Below are positions 18,804-27,348 of a stretch of DNA of 64,000 nt, piece after piece. The notes beneath the pieces were generated by a model. That model was not told the origin of the DNA, made no database searches, and was given only the letters and a program-made list of their open reading frames with translations. The stretch comes from a virus (lineage: Duplodnaviria; Heunggongvirae; Uroviricota; Caudoviricetes). The translations under genes were made by a program, and so were the position numbers. The stretch spans positions 203,468-267,467 of IMG/VR virus record IMGVR_UViG_3300049460_000121. One strand, written 5' to 3'. The first letter of the stretch is position 1, and each line of letters begins with the position of its first letter.

Positions 18804-19478
18804 ATGACTGTTAATATTGCCAACGTTCAGGGCTATGCTCTGACACGCCCTGCGATGGGGGCGAAAGTCTCCAACGTTCAGGGTTATGTGTTGATGATCC
18901 CGCCAGCCCCTGTACGACTGCGTGAGGTACGCGGCTACGTGATGGGTGCTCCCCCACTATCGATCAATTTAAGATCGGTTGCTGGTTACGCGATGGCGAC
19001 GTATATCCCGTTACCAAAAGGACAGACCTTTGCGACTGCCCTGATGACTATGATCCTGGCGAGAGCGAAATCGGTCCGTCCAGCCACGCACTTCAACCTC
19101 GGCGCTGTTGAGGTTGGTGATGTAGTCGGGTACAACTCCAAAGTCAAGTTGACGCCAACGGCATTGGCTCAGTTGTCCGGGGAGATGTATTTCCACTACA
19201 ACCGAGTTTACATGAACCGGATGCCTGACCTCAGTTCTGTTGTTGTCGGTTCTGAAGCCACTACACAGGCATTGATCTCTAAGATCAATACCGTGACCGG
19301 CATGCAGTTGACGGCGGCTGATATCGTAGACGAACCGATCGATTCAGAGGCGACCGTGGTCAGCATTAAAGCAGCCACCACCAGTTACCTGTTCGTCCCC
19401 GGCACTTCCGTGTCAGTAGGGTCGATCTTACCGCCACTCTCGTTGGCATTTACTGATCCAATCATTCGTTGGAGCTGA
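18804..19478 (+). CDS. paralogue family A member with GYAL repeats (224 aa; YFHYN near the C-terminus)
   Basis: N-terminus carries four GYAL-type repeats (NVQGYALTRP, NVQGYVLMIP, VRGYVMGAP, VAGYAMATY). Confidence 0.55.
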   Translation: MTVNIANVQGYALTRPAMGAKVSNVQGYVLMIPPAPVRLREVRGYVMGAPPLSINLRSVAGYAMATYIPLPKGQTFATALMTMILARAKSVRPATHFNLGAVEVGDVVGYNSKVKLTPTALAQLSGEMYFHYNRVYMNRMPDLSSVVVGSEATTQALISKINTVTGMQLTAADIVDEPIDSEATVVSIKAATTSYLFVPGTSVSVGSILPPLSLAFTDPIIRWS

Positions 19479-19488
19479 GGTATTAAAC

Positions 19489-20592
19489 ATGGCTATTCGT
19501 AGTTTCTTTGGTTACGACGATGTGGTAATGCCTATTGGTGAGCAGATCCCAGCCGGCTTTACTACGCTCCCACCGTTACCATTTAGCTTTAAGGCCGGCG
19601 CGGCAGCCCTTCGTGGCGCGACCTACACGAAAGACTCTGGCTGGCTGAAATGTACGGCAAGTACTGGTTACAGCGGCAGTACCCAAAAAGTCAACTATCT
19701 CCAGGCATCGCTTGCCGGTCTTGGCCTCACTGCGTCGGCTACGGCCGTCGTTACGGTTGGGTTGCGTTGGATAGCACCAGCTGCTAACGCAGGGGGTTCG
19801 CAAGCGGCGAACTGGGTCCACCCGATGGCGTTTATGGGTTCGACCACGGTCGATGGGACTACCTTGCCCGCTGCCTCAGTGTTCCCCATCGGTAGTATCC
19901 CAGGCTTTGTGTATGGTCAAGAGTATTACCTCGAGGCCCAATGGGATATCGCCGCTAACATCGTGCGCCGCCGGGTCGATGGTAAAGCCATTGCCGACAT
20001 TGCGTTGGCGGCTGGTGTTGCCTCACTCTTTGCGGCGGGGACTACCTTGTTTGTCAGCGGTACTACAGCGGTATCCATCTCAGCCAACACTATCGATGTG
20101 ACGTTCTGGCTGAAGGACATGTACGTCATCGAGAAGACCAATGATGGTACGGCAGACTCCTTCTTGGGTCCGCAGCGGGTATTCCCGATCACCACCGCTA
20201 GCCTTGACCAAGCTACCTGGGCTGCCACCGGCGCAGCTGATTCTGTAACAGCGTTGAACATGGCTGTTACGGATTCTGCTAGTTTGACAACCCCGGTGGT
20301 GACGACGGATGTGGCCAACCCCACCGCCAATGTCGGTCTATCTATACCTACCTTCGCCGGACCGGTGAACGGTGTAGTCCTCTTCGCCACCGCCCGTAGA
20401 AAGGATGGTGCATCTGGTACCCTCGCTGCCCAAGTAACCTCGGGTACTGACAATTCATCTCAGACGAATAACGTCTTGAGTAGCACTATTGTCCCAGGAT
20501 ACAAGCTGTACCTTGCCGAGAAGTCTCCTTCGGGCGTTCGTTGGACCCGTGCAGCAATTCAGGCCGCGAAACTTAAACTCACTGCCTCGTAG
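19489..20592 (+). CDS. paralogue family B member (367 aa)
   Basis: N-terminus SFFGYDDV; LGPQRVFPIT hinge; C-terminus WTRAAIQAAKLKLTAS. Confidence 0.6.
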   Translation: MAIRSFFGYDDVVMPIGEQIPAGFTTLPPLPFSFKAGAAALRGATYTKDSGWLKCTASTGYSGSTQKVNYLQASLAGLGLTASATAVVTVGLRWIAPAANAGGSQAANWVHPMAFMGSTTVDGTTLPAASVFPIGSIPGFVYGQEYYLEAQWDIAANIVRRRVDGKAIADIALAAGVASLFAAGTTLFVSGTTAVSISANTIDVTFWLKDMYVIEKTNDGTADSFLGPQRVFPITTASLDQATWAATGAADSVTALNMAVTDSASLTTPVVTTDVANPTANVGLSIPTFAGPVNGVVLFATARRKDGASGTLAAQVTSGTDNSSQTNNVLSSTIVPGYKLYLAEKSPSGVRWTRAAIQAAKLKLTAS

Positions 20593-20603
20593 TCGGAGTC
20601 ACC

Positions 20604-21680
20604 ATGGTTACAACAAACTTCTTTGGCTTGGAGCACTTACCTATTGAGTTCGCGGCTGGAGCCGCACTCACTGGGTGGGGGTTGGCTTATTCAGAGTTAG
20701 CCCCTACAATCTACAGTGGTGGTGATCTCCATTACGCTGTCCCTAGAATCAAAAACAACAAGATCGTTTTCGGTCCAGACATCAGTGGAGGGTCGTATGG
20801 TGTCGGCGCGACTTACATACTGCTCAGCAAACTCATTGGGAACGTCACGCCTCGTAAAGTAATCATTGGCTTTCGTCATGAAACTATCGGTGCTGTCTCT
20901 GGAGCACCTCCGGTGTTCGGCACAAGTCCTGCGAACAACACGACTACTAGCGCCGGGTTTTTACCACTGAAGACAACGGCGGCTACACCACTGCCCGATG
21001 GTTATTACGAGATCATCTTTGACTTCGTAGCTTCCACGTACACCGTTATGTTCAATGGCGGTGTGTATACGGCAGCTACGTCGTTGGGCAGCTCCGGTCT
21101 GACTGCGGCTAACTTCAAGACCAACTTCTGGACAATCGGACATCCGTACACCGTGTGGTTCACGCCAGCGGTTGACGTATTCGCAATATCGGATATCTAT
21201 TCGATGGTGTCTATCGATCCTGCCGACGATGCGCTGATCAAACCACTCGGTCCGATCACCCTTAAACGACTACCTGTGTTGTCGACCACTGGGGCCGGCT
21301 ACACGCCTCCTGGCGGCTCTAACATAGTCGACGCCTTGAACACTCGCCGCGCAGCTACAGCGAGCCTCTCAGCGCCTAAGGTGGGCGTTGCAGCAGACAA
21401 CACCCCGTTACGGGTAAAGGTTGATGCGTCGTCGTTATCGTTTGTTACTGTGAGGGGTATCAGTGTCAAGGTAGCTGCGGTAAAAGACGTGGCCGGCGAT
21501 AAAACCCTCTCCGTGGCGCTGGCTTCCAATGGCACTACTAACGCATCGGTACCCGTAACAATGACTGCTGCGGCGGCGCCTCTCGATGCTTCACCGGGCG
21601 GGCTGCTTACCATGCCCGATGGTTCGGGCCTTACGATAGCTTCCTTGAGTAATTTGGAAGTGGTCCTTACCCCCGCTTAA
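20604..21680 (+). CDS. paralogue family B member (358 aa)
   Basis: N-terminus NFFGLEHLP; C-terminus LTIASLSNLEVVLTPA. Confidence 0.6.
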   Translation: MVTTNFFGLEHLPIEFAAGAALTGWGLAYSELAPTIYSGGDLHYAVPRIKNNKIVFGPDISGGSYGVGATYILLSKLIGNVTPRKVIIGFRHETIGAVSGAPPVFGTSPANNTTTSAGFLPLKTTAATPLPDGYYEIIFDFVASTYTVMFNGGVYTAATSLGSSGLTAANFKTNFWTIGHPYTVWFTPAVDVFAISDIYSMVSIDPADDALIKPLGPITLKRLPVLSTTGAGYTPPGGSNIVDALNTRRAATASLSAPKVGVAADNTPLRVKVDASSLSFVTVRGISVKVAAVKDVAGDKTLSVALASNGTTNASVPVTMTAAAAPLDASPGGLLTMPDGSGLTIASLSNLEVVLTPA

Positions 21681-21697
21681 AGAATTGAGGCGCATGT

Positions 21698-22420
21698 ATG
21701 TCCACAAGTTTAAGGAGTGTCGACGTTTACGTAGCGGTCAGTCAGATACCGACGGTTGAGTTGCGTAAGGTCAACGGTTACGCTCTAGCTACTACAGTAG
21801 AGCCCATCACACTGCGGGGCATCAACGGTTACGCTCTGGTAGATCAGGTTAAACGACCCGACCTGAACATCTCAGGTAAAGTTGGGATACTGGCCGCGAT
21901 CAACAAAGAGCAAGGCACCTCGTTTATTGCTAGCCAATTGACGTTCGATATCCCCCAACCCACCGCCGATCAAACACAGGCGTACAACACGACCATCAGG
22001 GTAACAGCGAAAAAGAGTTCAGGGTATTCCGGCTACTACACGTTCCAGTACGCCAGATACGCTCTCTCTGAAGCGTTCGATGGTCAGGCGTTGGATCTGC
22101 CGGGCGTTGTAGGTACAACTATCTGGGGAACGTTGGATGCTATCAATACCAAGTTTTTCATCAAGCTTGAGCAGTACGACGTAGCCGACGGACCTATTAC
22201 TCCAGGCGCTACTTCTATCCTACTCACGGTTCTGGATAGTAGCATTTACTACAAGTCTGGAACGACGATCCGGTTAGGCAGTACTGATATCGATATTCCA
22301 TTCGCAACGATCGCTCCTGTGACCAATGCGTTGGGCTTCGATCCAGTTGGGATTGTCGATGTTCCATTTGCGAGCATCGCACCCGTAACAGATGTACTGG
22401 GTTTCGATCCAGAAGCATAA
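21698..22420 (+). CDS. paralogue family A member with GYAL repeats and a tandem C-terminal repeat (IPFATIAPVTNALGFDP / VPFASIAPVTDVLGFDPEA)
   Basis: N-terminus has VNGYALATT and INGYALVDQ. The family-A N-domain is LAAINKEQG...NTTIRVTA...GYYTFQYARY. Confidence 0.55.
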   Translation: MSTSLRSVDVYVAVSQIPTVELRKVNGYALATTVEPITLRGINGYALVDQVKRPDLNISGKVGILAAINKEQGTSFIASQLTFDIPQPTADQTQAYNTTIRVTAKKSSGYSGYYTFQYARYALSEAFDGQALDLPGVVGTTIWGTLDAINTKFFIKLEQYDVADGPITPGATSILLTVLDSSIYYKSGTTIRLGSTDIDIPFATIAPVTNALGFDPVGIVDVPFASIAPVTDVLGFDPEA

Positions 22421-22425
22421 GCGAC

Positions 22426-22470
22426 ACAAGGCCGCCTACTCCTTACGGGGTAGGTGGCTTTATGCTGTTC
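22426..22470. terminator. convergent terminator hairpin (GCCGCCTAC...GTAGGTGGC) followed by TTTATGCTG
   Basis: Sits between the plus gene end at 22420 and the minus gene end at 22475. Carries the TATGCTG signature of the stereotyped terminators. Confidence 0.5.
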
Positions 22471-22474
22471 GGTA

Positions 22475-23422
22475 TTAGAGGACCAACACGATCGGGTAAG
22501 TCGTGTCGAGATACAGCTGCGATGTCGAGGCGCCTTTGATATCGCAAGAACCAGGAACGCCGGACGTAGGACGAACAACGTTGGACATTTGAATCGCTGC
22601 GTTCAACAGGCCGTACGCTACGGAGATCTTGGCCTTAACTTGAGCATCGGTATCGGCCTCCAGAATAGTTACTTCGGAAGGCGGTACAGCGACCTGAGAC
22701 ATGATGTCAAGTCTGTGGTAATGGATGTCCACCGTACCAGAGAAACCCTGCCCACCAACCGCTGTCAGCGTGATAGAGGTATTGGCAGTCGATGGCGCTT
22801 CTGGAGTGAATGGGGTCAGACCAGCCAATGTAGCCGTAGTTCCCGAGAAACCCCACGGATAAACCGCGTTGATCATCGCGTACAGATTCTGACTGCCGGT
22901 CTTGGTAAGATCGACGCCCAGGTTAGCCAAACCGGCGAACTCAGGGTCTGGGATCGCCGTGGTCAACGGGATGACCGCACCGTCCAAGGTGATGTGGATA
23001 TCCAACGGATCGCCGTTATACAGCAGCGAATCGTCGATAGGCATCATGGTGGCTACAGTGTAGTCATCAGTCCCAGGAATAGTGACGGTACTGACTTCCA
23101 CCTCGGAAGCTTTCAATCCGAAGGTCGTGCAAACCTTGGCATGGATCTCTGGCTGAGTATCGGTACCCAGGATAGACACACGGTTCGGGTCTACGGCCTT
23201 AGCCCCCAACAGATCGTAGCGGCCGTAGAAGAAAGACCGCGATCCTTCGATACCTTCACCATCAATACCCGTCAAGGTAATCTTGGTGTTGTCACCTGGG
23301 TTCTCAGTACTCGCGATGATTGCATCGACGGTCACTTGAGTCTCAACGATGGACGAGCCATTCTTCGCATTGATCAGACCCAAGACGTTCGTCAGTGGAC
23401 TCAGACTTACATTTATTTGCAT
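22475..23422 (-). CDS. paralogue family A member on the minus strand (315 aa)
   Basis: Start set at MQINVSLSPLTNVLGLINAKN, which has a GGAG SD. The N-domain matches family A. Confidence 0.55.
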   Translation of the reverse strand: MQINVSLSPLTNVLGLINAKNGSSIVETQVTVDAIIASTENPGDNTKITLTGIDGEGIEGSRSFFYGRYDLLGAKAVDPNRVSILGTDTQPEIHAKVCTTFGLKASEVEVSTVTIPGTDDYTVATMMPIDDSLLYNGDPLDIHITLDGAVIPLTTAIPDPEFAGLANLGVDLTKTGSQNLYAMINAVYPWGFSGTTATLAGLTPFTPEAPSTANTSITLTAVGGQGFSGTVDIHYHRLDIMSQVAVPPSEVTILEADTDAQVKAKISVAYGLLNAAIQMSNVVRPTSGVPGSCDIKGASTSQLYLDTTYPIVLVL

Positions 23423-23451
23423 ATCGTCTACTCCATTAAATGGCGGTGACA

Positions 23452-23484
23452 ACATAAAGCCCGGCTTGCGCCGGGCCGTATGCT
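23452..23484 (-). terminator. CATAAAG-hairpin (CCCGGC-ttgc-GCCGGG)-CCGTATGCT terminator variant
   Basis: Between the two inverted family-A genes. Confidence 0.45.
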
Positions 23485-23491
23485 AAATCAC

Positions 23492-24016
23492 TTACGCTTC
23501 AGCTTCGAAAGCATCCAGGTCAGTGATAGGTGCTACGGTAGCGAACGCTACGTCTTCATCTGCGAAGCGCAGTTCAACGTCACGAACACCAACGTACAGC
23601 AGGCCTGGATCGATCGCAGAGATCTGGATGGTACCAGGGGTGCCGACGGCGACTGGAGCTGTGTACGACACGTCGCCGATCTCGGAGGCTTTCAGGCCCA
23701 GAGCGGTGCAGACCTTGACGCGCGACTGATCGCGAGTATCGGCCTCGAGTACGGTGACGAACGTAGGGGCGTTGGTTGCCACAGCGCCAGTGGCCAGAGA
23801 TTGACGGGTGTAGGCGAAGGTACGAGAACCTTCGATACCCTGACCATCAACGCCGGTCAGTTGTACAGTGGTGTTACGACCACCGGTACCGGCGGCGACT
23901 ACTGGCGCAGCAGCAGTAACTTGGGCTTCGGTGATGTTGGTGCTCGACGCAGTGTTAGCCGCGTTGATTGCCGCCAGGATGTTGGCCAGCGGCGAGAGTG
24001 CGATGTTAACTTTCAT
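23492..24016 (-). CDS. paralogue family A member on the minus strand (174 aa; C-terminus AFATVAPITDLDAFEAEA)
   Basis: Start at MKVNIALSPLANILAAINAAN with a GAGGA SD. The C-terminal motif mirrors the C-terminus of 21698..22420. Confidence 0.55.
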   Translation of the reverse strand: MKVNIALSPLANILAAINAANTASSTNITEAQVTAAAPVVAAGTGGRNTTVQLTGVDGQGIEGSRTFAYTRQSLATGAVATNAPTFVTVLEADTRDQSRVKVCTALGLKASEIGDVSYTAPVAVGTPGTIQISAIDPGLLYVGVRDVELRFADEDVAFATVAPITDLDAFEAEA

Positions 24017-24064
24017 GTCGTATATCCTCGGCGAGTGAAGAGGTCCCGATCCTAGGTTCTTCAT

Positions 24065-24805
24065 ACTATTACGACATAAAGGTCCAGCCGGCGGTCATTA
24101 TTACCGTTTGCAGCATAAAGGGGATAAAAATGATCACCAACGACGAGGAGTGGGGAGGGACGTCGTTGGTGACCGAGCGCAGTGCTGAGAGACTCCGGGA
24201 CCTGAAGGGGAAGTCCGACCCGGAGCCAATGATCAAAGGTCGATGGGATAACCTTTGTTCAAATGATAATGCGGTTCTGTAAATATTTACACTAACCGAA
24301 AGTTCGCAGCATAAACACGCCGAGTATGACCGACCCTCTCCGGGACGGCCAGGGACTCGGCGTGTTTAATGATCCAAGGCCTGCTTCAAAACCATTGCAT
24401 GCCTCGCTGGAGTACCAGGTCTGGGTGCGCTAGAGTTGAAAGCGTGTGTGGCAGAGGATTGATCGCGTAACCCGCCGGTGCCGACTATAACAGTGCCTGG
24501 CAAGAGGCCTACAGGGAGTCAGAGTTCAAGTTGTGTGGATGCGTACATCCTGATTGTACATATAATGTCAATCCCCAGAAGCTATCCGTGTCCTCACGCT
24601 AGATAGGTTCTGAGGCTTAGCACTAAAGGCTACAGCTACACCAGCCACCCGCATGGGCTGGTGTCAGTGCTAGGGAGGACATCCCAGCGTTGGTACCCCG
24701 GTCGACGGAGCGAGTGCCGACCATTGGGGTAGAAACTGCACTGTTATTACATAGTATACATAAATGCAAACGATATGAAGGAAACACCTAAATAGGGGGC
24801 TCTTA
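24065..24805. other. 740-bp non-coding, highly structured divergent region
   Basis: Contains several stem-loops: CAACGACG...CGTCGTTG; AAACACGCCGAGT...ACTCGGCGTGTTT enclosing an inner hairpin; TAGCACT...CACCAGCC-acccgcatg-GGCTGGTG...AGTGCTA. Also contains CATAAAG motifs. I found no tRNA-like T-loop. Confidence 0.5.
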
Positions 24806-25420
24806 ATGCAGCACTACGTCACTGACATCAGAATCCTACAACTGATCAACGCGAAGGCACTGAACCGTATAGATGAGGACGAAGTTGAAATCTCTTTGCC
24901 GCTCGCCATCCCTCCAAGGATCGAAGTGAATGGCCTGGAGACAAACACTCAGATCACCATCACTGCCCGCCCAGAGGGGAAGTACAAGAACTCCAAGACA
25001 GTACGCTATCGCCGCAACACCATCCAGGCCGAGTTCGATGGTTACCCTGACATCGAATCTCCTACGGCGACAAACCCGGTGTGGGAAGGCATCATCTATA
25101 GTGAGATGATTGGATTGGTGACTGATGTACTGCAACTGTTCTGTATCGACCCAAATGATATAGACATGGAGTCATTTGGCCACATGTTTCCAGCGGACAG
25201 TCGGGGTAGGCGTGAGTTAGACCCTACCTTCTTGAACGAAGATGGTTTACTCACGGTTGTTTTACAGCCTACTCAAAACAACTACTATTACAACGGACCA
25301 GCCACCATTACCTTTGGTGGACATAATGCTACCGATCCTACGTTGCGATTGGAAGAGAATCTGGCTGTCCGTTATTTGGAAAGTGGCGATACTCGCCTAC
25401 AGGATGGGGTTAACGCGTAA
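24806..25420 (+). CDS. paralogue family A member (204 aa)
   Basis: AGGGGG SD; N-domain ILQLINAKALN...NTQITITARPEGKY...RYRRNTI. Confidence 0.55.
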   Translation: MQHYVTDIRILQLINAKALNRIDEDEVEISLPLAIPPRIEVNGLETNTQITITARPEGKYKNSKTVRYRRNTIQAEFDGYPDIESPTATNPVWEGIIYSEMIGLVTDVLQLFCIDPNDIDMESFGHMFPADSRGRRELDPTFLNEDGLLTVVLQPTQNNYYYNGPATITFGGHNATDPTLRLEENLAVRYLESGDTRLQDGVNA

Positions 25421-25441
25421 GTAGAAAAGAAGGGGAGCAAC

Positions 25442-26548
25442 ATGGGTACTATTTCAAGTATGACGCTGGCTGGTGAACTGACCGGTGATGAGCTGATTGA
25501 AGTCGTACAGGGAGGGGAGAGTCGTAAAGCCGTACTATCCGACGTAATGGCCGGTGGCAAGAGTACCTACGACATAGCTGTGGATAATGGCTACGTCGGT
25601 ACCGAGGCGGAATGGCTCGTAACACAGAAAGGGGATAAAGGCGATGACGGTGATCCAGGCGCACCAGGGGCCGCGGGGGCGGCTGGCGAACGAGGTGCGC
25701 AAGGCGATCCAGGTACTCCCGGCAGCACAGGTGCTCCTGGTGCGAAGGGAGATAAAGGTGACAAGGGTGACGTAGGTGCTACTGGTGCACCAGGTTCCAC
25801 TGGCGCCACAGGCGCACCTGGTACGCCCGGTGCCGCAGGCCCAGCAGGTGCCAAAGGTGATAAAGGAGACACTGGCGATCAGGGTTCCGTAGGCGTTACT
25901 GGTGCTAAGGGCGATCCTGGTATTCCAGGCACTCCTGGCGTCAAAGGCGATAAAGGTGATCCTGGTAACACCGGTGATCAGGGCATTCCTGGTACACCTG
26001 GCGCAGCTGGCGCTAAAGGCGACAAAGGTGATACTGGCGATGTGGGGGCAGCTGGTACTCCTGGTACAGCAGGTACGCCTGGTGTGTCGTGGTTCCTTCT
26101 GGCACGCCAGCCGGCGAGTGGTGACGGGATCTTGAACGACCTGTTCCTCAACACACTCACCAGCGAGTACTTCCGGAAAACAAGCGCTACCGTCTGGACC
26201 AGTCAGGGGATCTTCCCCATGAAGCAACTGGACCGTTACGACCTGAAGCGGCTTGACCTGCCAGTTATCACAGTGGCTACCACCACCACGCTCGACACCT
26301 CCGTAGCTCAGAACTACACCATCGACAACAGCAACGCTGCGGTACGCACCATGGTGTTCACAGCACCTCCGGCTGGCCGAGGCATGACATTGGTGTTGGT
26401 GATGTTGGGCAATGCCGGTACGCCGGTGTGGCCCGCTACAGTGAAGTGGAACAAAGGGGTTGTGCCTGTGTACGGTGCGACCAAAACCGTCTTGGCATTC
26501 TTGTGGGACGGTACAGACTGGATCGGTAGTATTGGTTCTACGATCTAA
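25442..26548 (+). CDS. collagen-like tail fibre protein (368 aa; about 50 Gly-X-Y triplets; tail-fibre-type N-terminus LTGDELIEVVQGG.SRKAVL)
   Basis: AAGGGGAG SD. Uninterrupted GXY repeats from about residue 66 to 215 (GDKGD, GAPG, GTPG), followed by a non-collagen C-terminal domain. Confidence 0.7.
   Translation: MGTISSMTLAGELTGDELIEVVQGGESRKAVLSDVMAGGKSTYDIAVDNGYVGTEAEWLVTQKGDKGDDGDPGAPGAAGAAGERGAQGDPGTPGSTGAPGAKGDKGDKGDVGATGAPGSTGATGAPGTPGAAGPAGAKGDKGDTGDQGSVGVTGAKGDPGIPGTPGVKGDKGDPGNTGDQGIPGTPGAAGAKGDKGDTGDVGAAGTPGTAGTPGVSWFLLARQPASGDGILNDLFLNTLTSEYFRKTSATVWTSQGIFPMKQLDRYDLKRLDLPVITVATTTTLDTSVAQNYTIDNSNAAVRTMVFTAPPAGRGMTLVLVMLGNAGTPVWPATVKWNKGVVPVYGATKTVLAFLWDGTDWIGSIGSTI
25637..26102 (+). 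repeat. collagen Gly-X-Y triplet repeat region inside the tail-fibre gene
   Basis: Periodic ggN ccN ggN / gat aaa ggt triplets. They create spurious ORFs in all frames, for example 25535..26650 on the minus strand. Confidence 0.7.
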
Positions 26549-26561
26549 CAAGGAGACTGGC

Positions 26562-27275
26562 ATGTTTGAAGTCTGCTTATACACCGACACCGTGGCTCCT
26601 GCCAATCCATTTGGACCAGGACCCACCACGCTGCTGCAAGGCAATACCACATTGGGGTATTACGGTGAAATGGCCGGCAGTGATTTTTTCACCACTGCTG
26701 AAGTGTCTGCTGGGGTTGGTTACGCAGGCGGGACCGTGTGGACCGCTGTTCCGACATGGATTAAGATGATCATCGATGGGGTGGTCATTTACATCCCTAA
26801 GACGCCATTGAAATCGGCTGTCATCTGGAACGACCTGTACAATGCCAAATCGGTATACGGCATCAAAGGGAATGGTCAATACCCCGTCGGTGCCGGCACG
26901 AAGCAAAACGCACAACTCGTCAAAGGCGGGTATCGGTTTAAAGTGCGGTTAGGTTCAGCGGGTGCCGATCCTCTGGCATTGCCATCGCCTAACGTCCCCA
27001 CAAACGCAGCTTACGCTGCCAGTGAATGGGGGCGCATTATCAACGCCCTTGCACTGCCGAAACGCGTAGGCTCTGCGTGGGGCTTGTACGACGTTGGCCC
27101 GATGTTGTCAGGGCATGTGGCGACTAAAAACACATACTCCGCCGGCACGACCAACGCCATTATTGTCGAGTCCCTTACTAACCCCGTCCTCAACGCCTAC
27201 GGTAAGTCCACGAACGCATTCACTTGGGTGCCGATTCTGGAGTTGACTGAAGACGCAACATGGGGTGATCCATAA
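26562..27275 (+). CDS. hypothetical protein downstream of the fibre gene (237 aa), possible fibre-associated or distal fibre protein
   Basis: AAGGAG SD at internal Met 35 of the tracked ORF, immediately after the fibre gene. Confidence 0.5.
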   Translation: MFEVCLYTDTVAPANPFGPGPTTLLQGNTTLGYYGEMAGSDFFTTAEVSAGVGYAGGTVWTAVPTWIKMIIDGVVIYIPKTPLKSAVIWNDLYNAKSVYGIKGNGQYPVGAGTKQNAQLVKGGYRFKVRLGSAGADPLALPSPNVPTNAAYAASEWGRIINALALPKRVGSAWGLYDVGPMLSGHVATKNTYSAGTTNAIIVESLTNPVLNAYGKSTNAFTWVPILELTEDATWGDP

Positions 27276-27282
27276 TACAGTA

Positions 27283-27327
27283 AAGAACCTAGAGCCCCTC
27301 CGTTCAAGGAGGGGCTCTATGCTATAC
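27283..27327. terminator. hairpin TAGAGCCCCTCC-gttcaa-GGAGGGGCTCTA followed by TGCTATAC (stereotyped type, AAAGAACC instead of the A-tract)
   Basis: Lies between the fibre module and the helicase gene. Confidence 0.5.
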
Positions 27328-27348
27328 GGAACGACGCTCCTGCGTAAA

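Noticed and set aside
22454-23449. 331-aa plus-strand ORF (Arg-rich) opposite the minus family-A genes
   Set aside because: The minus-strand frames carry the family-A N-domain motifs and SDs. The plus ORF has about 20% Arg and reads as a shadow.
24065-24805. tRNA or small ORF (24129..24281, 50 aa, SD AAAGGGG) in the long intergenic region
   Set aside because: I found no T-loop (GTTCGAATC-like) or cloverleaf. The small ORF overlaps a strong hairpin (CAACGACG...CGTCGTTG) and is more likely part of a structured RNA or origin. Kept only as a structured non-coding feature.
21698-24805. Gin/Cin-type invertible fibre-gene segment
   Set aside because: I could not find a serine recombinase gene or flanking inverted repeats. 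The shared CAGCATAAAG strings at both ends are the general terminator signature, so I reported only the inversion geometry.
25535-26650. 371-aa minus-strand ORF and other frames across the collagen repeat
   Set aside because: They are artefacts of GXY triplet periodicity. The plus frame gives a clean collagen G-X-Y product with an SD.
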